From positions 128,001 to 192,000 of the forward strand of contig CAWIBO010000003.1 of NCBI GenBank assembly GCA_963834385.1: a stretch of DNA of 64,000 nucleotides, read 5' to 3'. Below, piece by piece: positions 56,860-64,000 of the stretch. The number at the start of each line of letters is the position of its first letter. Positions within the stretch are counted from its first letter, which is position 1. The DNA comes from an uncultured Verrucomicrobiae bacterium. GTDB taxonomy: Bacteria; Verrucomicrobiota; Verrucomicrobiia; Chthoniobacterales; UBA10450. Below the pieces are notes generated by a model. It saw nothing but the letters and a program-made list of their open reading frames with translations. It ran no database searches and had not been told where the DNA came from. The translations under genes and the position numbers were made by a program.

Positions 56860-57732
56860 GTGCGTTGGTTGCGCTTCCAGATCGCGCTCTGGTTTTTCCC
56901 GGCCGTTTTTTGTCTCGGATGGGCGGTCCCGGCGGAAGCGGGCCGCACCTGCGTGTGGAAAGTGACCGGCGAAAATGGCCGGACTCTCTTTCTCGGCGGC
57001 TCAATCCACATGCTGCGGAAGACGGATTATCCGCTGCCGGCCGCCTTCAACCAGGCTTTCGAAGCTTCCTCACGCCTTGCCTTTGAGGTCGATTCCAAAG
57101 CCTACCATCGGTCCGGTTCGGACCTCGGAAAAGCGGGCGAATATCCGCGGCGGGACAATCTGAAGAATCACGTCGATCCGCGAACCTACGATTATCTGCG
57201 GCGCTTTTTCGCCCTGGTCCAGGTGCCCGAGGAGAAATTTTCCCGCTTCAAACCCTGGGCGCTGGCGCTCTTCCTGCAGACTCCGGGAAGCGATTTTTCC
57301 TCCGAGCTCGGGGTGGAGAGTTTCCTGGAACGCCGGGCCCGAAGGCATGGCAAGGCGATCGAGGGTCTCGAGTCGGCGCGGGAACATCTGGACGTGTTTG
57401 CGGGCCTGGGCGACCGGCCGAGCGAAGCGCTGCTCCTGCTTACGTTCATCCCGGCGGAGAATCCGGGGCGGCAGGGCGACAATGTCCTGAAGGCGTGGCG
57501 CCGCGGCGACGCAGAGGCCATCTGGCGTTCCACCCGCAGCAGTTTTCGCGACTATCCCGCGCTGGGCGATCGTCTGCTGGAGGAGCGGAACCGGCGCTGG
57601 ATGCCGCATCTCGATCGTTATCTGCGCTCCGGCCAGACCTATTTCGTGGTGGTGGGCGCGGCCCACCTCGGGGGGCCGGGCGGCCTGCTCCAGCTTTTGC
57701 GCCAGCGCGGTTGCCGAATCGAACAGTTGTAA
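56860..57732 (+). CDS. TraB/GumN family protein
   Basis: LFLGGSIH, GLES, RNRRW and FVVVGAAHL. Confidence 0.88.
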   Translation: MRWLRFQIALWFFPAVFCLGWAVPAEAGRTCVWKVTGENGRTLFLGGSIHMLRKTDYPLPAAFNQAFEASSRLAFEVDSKAYHRSGSDLGKAGEYPRRDNLKNHVDPRTYDYLRRFFALVQVPEEKFSRFKPWALALFLQTPGSDFSSELGVESFLERRARRHGKAIEGLESAREHLDVFAGLGDRPSEALLLLTFIPAENPGRQGDNVLKAWRRGDAEAIWRSTRSSFRDYPALGDRLLEERNRRWMPHLDRYLRSGQTYFVVVGAAHLGGPGGLLQLLRQRGCRIEQL

Positions 57733-57759
57733 GCGGCGTTTTCCCGCCCAGGGCCGGGG

Positions 57760-59421
57760 CTAACCGGCGCGGAGGAGCGTGGCCGCGTGTTTGATGGCCG
57801 ACTCCGTTTTGCCCCCGAGCATCCGGGCGACCTCCTCCTGCCGCGCCTTGCCGGTCACTTCGTGCAACTGGGAAAAGGTGCGTCCCTGCGACACCTCCTT
57901 GGTCACGACAAAGTGTGAGGAGGCCATGGCCGCGACCTGGGGGAGATGGGTGATGCAAAGAACCTGATGCGCCCCGGCCAGAGTCCGCATCTTTTCGCCC
58001 ACCGCGTTGGCGATTTCGCCACCGACGTTGGCGTCGATCTCGTCGAAAACGAGGAGCGGAATCGCATCCTGTTCGGCCAGAGCCGATTTCACCGCGAGCA
58101 TGAGCCGCGAAATTTCGCCGCTCGAGGCGATGGCGCGGAGCGGCTTGGGCGGCTCGCCCGGGTTTGGGGAAAACATCAGTTCGACGGCCTCAAGGCCGGT
58201 GGCGCGCGGCTCCGCGGCGGTTAGCCGCGTTTCGAATTCCGATTGGCGGAACCCGAGGTCGCGCAGGTGTTGCCGGATGGTTGAAGCCAGCTTGGGAGCG
58301 GCCTTGCCCCGGGACCGGGAGAGCGCCTTGGCGTCCCGGTCGAACCCGGTTTCGGCCGCCTCGATTTCACGGGCGAGCCGTTCCAGCTCGGCGTCGCGCC
58401 CTTCCAGACGCTGCAGGCGCGCCTGCGCCGTTTCGCCCGCGGCGATGACTTCCGCGAGGGTGCCGCCGTATTTGCGTTTCAGGGTTTCGAGCAGGCTGAC
58501 CCGCTGCTCGAGCGCGGCCAGTTGCTCGGGATCGAGGTCGAGGCGTTCGGCATACTGGCCGAGCGCACGCGCGATTTCCGAAAGCTCGACCACGCTGGCC
58601 GCATGCGCCGCCGCCCAGGACTCCGCCGCCGGGTCGATCTTTTCCAAATCGCGCAATTGCTTCTGCGTCTCGGCCAGTTGCGAGAGGATGGAGTCATCCG
58701 CCTCGGCCAAACGGTTGGCGAGGCCGCCGGCCAGTTCAATGAGGCGTTTGCTGTTGCTGGCCAGGCGATAGCGGGAGTTGATTTCCTCTTCCTCATCCGC
58801 GGAGAGATGCGCGGCCGCGATCTCGGCGGCCTGGTGCCGCAACAACTCGACCTCCTGTTCCCGCGCCGCTTCCGAGGTGCTGAGGGCGGTGTGCTCGTCC
58901 CGGAGGGTTTGCCACCGGCGAAAGCTCCGGCGGGTCTGCTCGAGCAAATCCCCGGCACGGGCAAAGCCATCGAGCAACGCCAGTTGCCGCTCGGGCGAAA
59001 GCAACGACTGGTGATCGTGCGGGCCGTGCAGGTCGACCAGTTCGTCACCCAGATTTTTCAGGACAGCCAGGGTGGTCGGGGAACCGTTGATGAATTGCCG
59101 GTTGGCGCCGGTCGCGGTCAGGCTGCGCTTGAGGATGAGCTGGCCGTCGCCGGGTTCGATGCCGGCCTCGGCCAGGGTGGTCTCCAACCGGGCGAGGTCG
59201 CCCCCTTCGAAGACCGCCTCGACCACACACTGGTCGGCGCCGGTGCGGATGAGTGATTTATCCGCGCGCTCGCCGAGGACAAGATGAAGGGCGCCGATGA
59301 TGATTGACTTGCCGGCGCCGGTCTCGCCGGTGATGGCGGTGAAGCCGGCGCCGGGCTGCCAGGAGAGATCCTCGACGAGGGCGAGGTTCTTGATTCGCAG
59401 CAGGGTAAGGACCGCAGGCAT
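57760..59421 (-). CDS. recN: DNA repair protein RecN
   Basis: TGETGAGKS, HGPHDHQ, ASSGEISR, FDEIDA and CITHLPQVA. Confidence 0.96.
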   Translation of the reverse strand: MPAVLTLLRIKNLALVEDLSWQPGAGFTAITGETGAGKSIIIGALHLVLGERADKSLIRTGADQCVVEAVFEGGDLARLETTLAEAGIEPGDGQLILKRSLTATGANRQFINGSPTTLAVLKNLGDELVDLHGPHDHQSLLSPERQLALLDGFARAGDLLEQTRRSFRRWQTLRDEHTALSTSEAAREQEVELLRHQAAEIAAAHLSADEEEEINSRYRLASNSKRLIELAGGLANRLAEADDSILSQLAETQKQLRDLEKIDPAAESWAAAHAASVVELSEIARALGQYAERLDLDPEQLAALEQRVSLLETLKRKYGGTLAEVIAAGETAQARLQRLEGRDAELERLAREIEAAETGFDRDAKALSRSRGKAAPKLASTIRQHLRDLGFRQSEFETRLTAAEPRATGLEAVELMFSPNPGEPPKPLRAIASSGEISRLMLAVKSALAEQDAIPLLVFDEIDANVGGEIANAVGEKMRTLAGAHQVLCITHLPQVAAMASSHFVVTKEVSQGRTFSQLHEVTGKARQEEVARMLGGKTESAIKHAATLLRAG

Positions 59422-59444
59422 GTCGACGAATTGCAGGTTGAGGG

Positions 59445-60296
59445 TTGAGCGAAAAGAGGGGACGGCGGAAACTGCCGCTCCTTTTGAACGCTTCGGACCC
59501 TCCACTCTCAACAAAAAACTCTCAACTGTCCGTCGTTTTCCTCGGGACCGGCACTTCGCAGGGCGTGCCCATGATCGGGTGCGACTGCGCGGTTTGCCGT
59601 TCGCCCGATCCGCGGGACAAGCGGACGCGTTCCTCGATTTATGTGCGGACGCCGGAATGCGCGCTGGTGGTGGACACCGGGACCGACTTCCGGACACAGG
59701 TCCTGCGCGAAAACATCCGGCATCTCGACGCGGTCCTGTTCACCCATTCGCACACCGACCACATCATGGGCTTTGACGATCTTCGCCGTTTCGGCGCGGC
59801 GCGGGGCGGCACCATGCCGGTCTATGCGGCGCCGGAGACGATGCGCGACCTCGAGCGGGTCTTCGAGTTTGCCTTCAAGGCGACGAATCCCTTTCCGGGC
59901 TATCTGCAACCGGAGCCGCATTTGGTCGAGGGGCCATTCCGGCTGGGCGAAACCGTGATTACGCCGCTGCCGGTGCCGCATGGGCAGTTCACCGTGAACG
60001 GCTATCTCTTCGCGCGGGGCGAACGCCGGCTGGTGGCCTACCTGAGCGACTGCAGCGAGGTCCCGGCGGAGATTGTCCGGCAGATCGAAGGAGTGGAAAC
60101 GCTGATCATCGATGCCCTGCGCCACAAGCCTCATCCGACCCACCTGAGCGTTGACCAGGCCCTGGCCGTGGCCGCGCGGGTCCGGCCGGGGCGCGCCTAT
60201 TTCACCCACATTGCGCACGAGCTGCCGCACCGTGCCGGGGAAACTCTTCCACCGGGAGCGCACCTCGCGTATGACGGCCTTCAGTTGCATCATTAG
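59445..60296 (+). CDS. Metallo-beta-lactamase-fold hydrolase (PhnP-like)
   Basis: LGTGTSQGVP..GC.C..C, THSHTDH, YLSD, THIAHE and AYDGL; start uncertain. Confidence 0.88.
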   Translation: MSEKRGRRKLPLLLNASDPPLSTKNSQLSVVFLGTGTSQGVPMIGCDCAVCRSPDPRDKRTRSSIYVRTPECALVVDTGTDFRTQVLRENIRHLDAVLFTHSHTDHIMGFDDLRRFGAARGGTMPVYAAPETMRDLERVFEFAFKATNPFPGYLQPEPHLVEGPFRLGETVITPLPVPHGQFTVNGYLFARGERRLVAYLSDCSEVPAEIVRQIEGVETLIIDALRHKPHPTHLSVDQALAVAARVRPGRAYFTHIAHELPHRAGETLPPGAHLAYDGLQLHH

Positions 60297-60297
60297 G

Positions 60298-61868
60298 ATG
60301 ATGAACCGCTGTCTCGCCCTTTTTCTCGTCGTGCTCGCCGGGCAGACCATGCCGGCGAAAGCGGAGGATCCGGCCACCGCCGCGACGATCGTCATCTATA
60401 ACGCGAACTTCGCCGGTTCGCGTGAACTGGCCCATTTCTATGCGGAGAAGCGCTCCATTCCGAAGGCCCACGTGATCGGCCTGGAGTGCCCGGTCGGGGA
60501 GGAAATCAGCCGGGAGCAATACGACGACACCATCGCGGAACCGCTGCGGGAAATATTTTTGGAGCGCGGCTGGTGGCTCCTGCGCGACGAGGAAGAGCCG
60601 GACCGGGGCGTTCTGACCACGCGCATCCGGTTCGTGGCCTTGATCCGCGGCATGCCCATGAAGATCCGGGGGCGGCCAACTACGCCGACGATCAGCCGGG
60701 GCCGGGGCCGATCGGCGACCGCTCCGAGGCCTCGGTCGATTCGGAGCTGAGCGCTCTGGGACGTTTCACGGGGCAGATCTCCGGCGCCCTGAACAATCCC
60801 TATTTCCAGAGCAACCTGCGGGCGCGTGACCTGCCGGATCCCGCGCTCCTTTTCGTCTGCCGCCTGGACGCGGCGGACGATGGGACGGTGCGGCGAATGA
60901 TCACCGAGAGCCTGGCGGCGGAAAAGGGCGGGCTTTGGGGGCGGGCCTACGTGGATGGCGCGCGCAACACCTCGCCGGGTCTCAAGGTCGGGGACGACTG
61001 GCTGCGCGAAGTGGTGCTGGCGTTGCGCCGAAAGGGCATCCCGGTGGTCTTTGACGATGCGCCGGGCATTTTCCCGGCCGGTTTCCCGGTGACCGATTGT
61101 TCCCTTTACTACGGCTGGTACACGCCCGGGGTGGCCGGGCCATTCGCGGACGAGGAGTTTCGGTTCGTGCCCGGGGCGGTGGCGGTGCACATCCATTCCT
61201 TCAGTGCGCAGACCCTGCGGGATGCGAAGACGGGCTGGGTCGCTCCGTTGCTGGCGCGCGGGGCCGCGGCCTCGCTGGGCAATGTTTACGAACCGTATCT
61301 GCAGCTGACCTCGGAGTTGCACATCCTGAATGACCGGCTGCTGCAGGGATTTACGCTCGCGGAGAGCGCCTACATGTCGATGCGCGCCCTTTCCTGGATG
61401 AACGTGGTGGTGGGCGACCCGCTCTACCGCCCGTTTGCGACCTGGACCGAGATCGACCCGGCGCCCGGCCCGCGCCCCGCCGCCGCGTGGAAGGCCTGCC
61501 ATGCCTTTGCCATGAAGAACTCGGGCCTGCCGCCGGAGGGTTATCGCAAACTGGCTCGCCTGACGGCGTCGCGCACGGGGAACGGGCCGATGCTGGAGGA
61601 CCTCGGGAGCCGGGCGGCGGAGGCTGGAGAATACCTCGAGGCGGTCAGCTTTTTCCAGCAGGCCCGCTCGGTCTACGAGGCGCGCGATGACATTGTCCGC
61701 GTCGTCCTCCTGGAAGCGGACGCCTGGGTGAAGGCCAACAAACCCGGGCGTGCCCTTGCGCTTGTTCGGAGCGTTGTGCGCATTGTCTCGAGTTCGCCCG
61801 CGGCGCCACTCCTGCGCAAACTGGAACAGGAACTGGCCCCGCCCGCGGGGGCGACGCCGCCGCGCTGA
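60298..61868 (+). CDS. TIGR03790-like protein with C-terminal TPR-like region (frameshift near 60670)
   Basis: IYNAN..SRELAHFYAEKRSIP, SVDSEL, NPYF, RLDA, YYGWY, HIHSFSA, GNVYEP and GDPLYRP. Confidence 0.8.
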
Positions 61869-61881
61869 GGCCGGGCCGGGA

Positions 61882-62661
61882 TCAGCGGATGATTCCGCGC
61901 TGCGAGTTCTCGATGAAGGCGACGATCTGGTTGATGGCCTCGCTCGCCGGCAACTGGCTCCGGATCGCTTCCACCGCCTGCCGGGTATTGAACTCGGAGC
62001 GGTAGATCAGCTTGAAAGCCTGCTTGATCGCCTTCACCTCGTCTGCGGGATACCCATGGCGCTCGAGACCGACGAGGTTGACCCCGCGCACTTCCGCCGG
62101 GTTGCCGTCGGCAATCATGAATGGCGGGACATCCTGCACGATTTTGGAACAGCCGCCGGTGATGGCGAAGCGGCCGATCCGGCAGAACTGATGCACGGCG
62201 GTGAGCCCGCCCATGACGGCATGATCGCCCACCTCGACGTGTCCCGCGAGGGTGCCGTTGTTCGAGAAGATGACCGCGTCGCCCACGGTGCAGTCATGCC
62301 CGATGTGGCTGTAGGCCAGGAAATTTCCTCCGCTGCCGATTCGGGTCCGGCTTTCCGCGCCGGTGCTGCGATTGACGGTGACGAATTCGCGGAAGGTGTT
62401 GTCGTTTCCAATCTCGAGATAGGTCGGTTCGCCCCGGTATTTCAGATCCTGCGTCTGCTGCCCGATGGAGCAGTAGGCGTAGAACTTGTTGCCGGCGCCG
62501 GCCGTCATCGGCCCGGCCAGGGTGACGTGATGCTGCAGCCAGCAACCGGGGCCGAGCACGACCCCGGGACCGACGATGCAGTAGGGGCCCACGGTTGTCC
62601 CGGCGCCGAGTTCGGCCCCGGCGTCGATGATGGCGGTGGGATGGATCTCGGCTCCACTCAT
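61882..62661 (-). CDS. lpxA: UDP-N-acetylglucosamine O-acyltransferase
   Basis: IHPTAII, QDLKYRGE, HIGHDC and VHQFCRIG hexapeptide repeats. Confidence 0.95.
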   Translation of the reverse strand: MSGAEIHPTAIIDAGAELGAGTTVGPYCIVGPGVVLGPGCWLQHHVTLAGPMTAGAGNKFYAYCSIGQQTQDLKYRGEPTYLEIGNDNTFREFVTVNRSTGAESRTRIGSGGNFLAYSHIGHDCTVGDAVIFSNNGTLAGHVEVGDHAVMGGLTAVHQFCRIGRFAITGGCSKIVQDVPPFMIADGNPAEVRGVNLVGLERHGYPADEVKAIKQAFKLIYRSEFNTRQAVEAIRSQLPASEAINQIVAFIENSQRGIIR

Positions 62662-62695
62662 CGGCGCCTGAAAAATGGAGGCGGCAGCCTGTGCT

Positions 62696-64000
62696 TCATT
62701 TGTCGAGGAAGGTGAACATCAGCTCGCCTTCCGAGACCACGACATCGTTGACGATGCAGCGGCACTTTGCCTTGGCCAGGCGGTTGCTGCGGGCCTTGGT
62801 CAGTTCCGCTTCGATGAAAAGAGTGTCGCCCGGGAAGACCGGCTTGCGGAACTTCACCGCGTCCGCGCTCATGAAATAACCGATGCGGCTGGCGCTTTTG
62901 CTCAGGCGCATCATGAGGACGCTGGCGACCTGGGCCATGGCTTCCACCTGGAGGACGCCGGGCATGACCGGGTGACCGGGGAAATGGCCCTGGAAAAAAG
63001 GCTCGTTGATGGTGACCGATTTCAGCCCGGTGATCTTGGTTTCGCCCTCGAAACCAAGGATGCGGTCCACGAGCAGAAACGGGTAGCGGTGGGGCAGGAC
63101 GTTCATGATCTCGCGGATGTCGAGGCCGCGATCGCCGGGCGGGAAGGTGCGCGGCATGGCCAGGGCAGCCACTTTCTCCTGCTCGCGGGCAATGGCACGG
63201 GCCAGTTCCGCATTGGCGCCATGACCGGGACGCACCGCAATGACGTGCCCCCGCAGGCGCTGCCCGATGAGGGCGAGGTCGCCGATGATGTCGAGAATCT
63301 TGTGCCGGACGAACTCGTCGGGAAAACGCAGCGGTTCCTTGCTCAGGACGGCATCACCGCGCACGACAATGGCGTTCTCGAGGCTGCCCCCCTTGATCAG
63401 GTTTTTCTCCATGAGCGGCTCGACATCCTCGTAATAGACAAAGGTGCGGGCGGGCGCGATCTCGCGCTCGAAGATGGCCGGGGTGACCTCGGTCGAGAAG
63501 AACTGGGTGAACCGCCCGTTGGGCCCGGCCTGCGTGCAGCTGATGCGGAACTTGTCGTCCGGGAGCAGGACAAGAACGGAGCCGGACTTGGTCTCGATGT
63601 GCAACGGTTCCCGGGCGTGAAAGAAGCGCCGGGGCGCCTCCTGGGGAGCGAGCCCGGCTTTTTTCACGAGATCGACGAAGAGCAGCGCGCTGCCGTCGCC
63701 GATGGGCGGTTCGTTGGCGTCCATCTCCACGATGGCGTTGTCGACGCCCATGGCGGAAAGGGCGGAAAGAACATGCTCGACCGTGTGCACCCGCATGGAG
63801 CCCTCGCCGATGGTGGTGGCGCGCTCGACCGTCTTCAGGTTCCCGATCCGGGCGTCAATGGTGGGTTCGTCCTGCAGGTCGCGGCGCCGGAATTTGATGC
63901 CGTGATCCGCGGGGGCCGGGTGCAGTTTCAGCGTCACCTTCTCGCCGGTGTGCAGAGAGGTGCCGCTGAGCCCGGCGGCTTTGGCGACGGTATGCTGGAG
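62696..64000 (-). CDS. lpxC: Bifunctional LpxC-FabZ (start just beyond window end)
   Basis: GTSLHTG, TVEHVLSAL and RHKILDIIGD (LpxC); LPHRYPFLLVD and FQGHFPGHPVMPGVLQVEA (FabZ). Confidence 0.95.
   Translation of the reverse strand, partial: LQHTVAKAAGLSGTSLHTGEKVTLKLHPAPADHGIKFRRRDLQDEPTIDARIGNLKTVERATTIGEGSMRVHTVEHVLSALSAMGVDNAIVEMDANEPPIGDGSALLFVDLVKKAGLAPQEAPRRFFHAREPLHIETKSGSVLVLLPDDKFRISCTQAGPNGRFTQFFSTEVTPAIFEREIAPARTFVYYEDVEPLMEKNLIKGGSLENAIVVRGDAVLSKEPLRFPDEFVRHKILDIIGDLALIGQRLRGHVIAVRPGHGANAELARAIAREQEKVAALAMPRTFPPGDRGLDIREIMNVLPHRYPFLLVDRILGFEGETKITGLKSVTINEPFFQGHFPGHPVMPGVLQVEAMAQVASVLMMRLSKSASRIGYFMSADAVKFRKPVFPGDTLFIEAELTKARSNRLAKAKCRCIVNDVVVSEGELMFTFLDK

Noticed and set aside
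62696..64000. LpxC-FabZ fusion as a novelty
   Set aside because: Known bifunctional architecture in Bacteroidota, Chlorobiota and Verrucomicrobiota

Overview
High-GC bacterial chromosomal window, most consistent with Verrucomicrobiota (Chthoniobacterales/Spartobacteria-like, inferred from DUF5069, the LpxC-FabZ fusion, short EF-Ts, a TIGR03790-like gene and the RpoB insertion). Most of it is housekeeping: tRNA-Thr-tuf-tRNA-Trp-secE-nusG-rplK, then rplA-rplJ-rplL-rpoB-rpoC, rpsB-tsf, tsaD, ispA, recN, lpxA/lpxC-fabZ, a cobalamin riboswitch with a btuB-like receptor, stress genes and pilT/pilU. The stand-out locus is the minus-strand cluster at about 40.2-48.1 kb. It encodes a GNAT-like protein, a degenerate parvulin/SurA-like chaperone, a C39-peptidase ABC exporter with two intact cyclic-nucleotide-binding domains, an HlyD adaptor and a sigma54 activator with no regulatory domain. 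These are followed by three tandem small peptides that share a DLxPxxDxxGG double-glycine leader; two of them have Gly/Lys/Asn low-complexity cores, and one is missing from the ORF track. A sigma54 -24/-12 site and a palindromic candidate enhancer precede the peptides, and no known RiPP modifying enzyme is present. Six genes, including rpoC, carry single-base frameshifts that look like long-read consensus errors.
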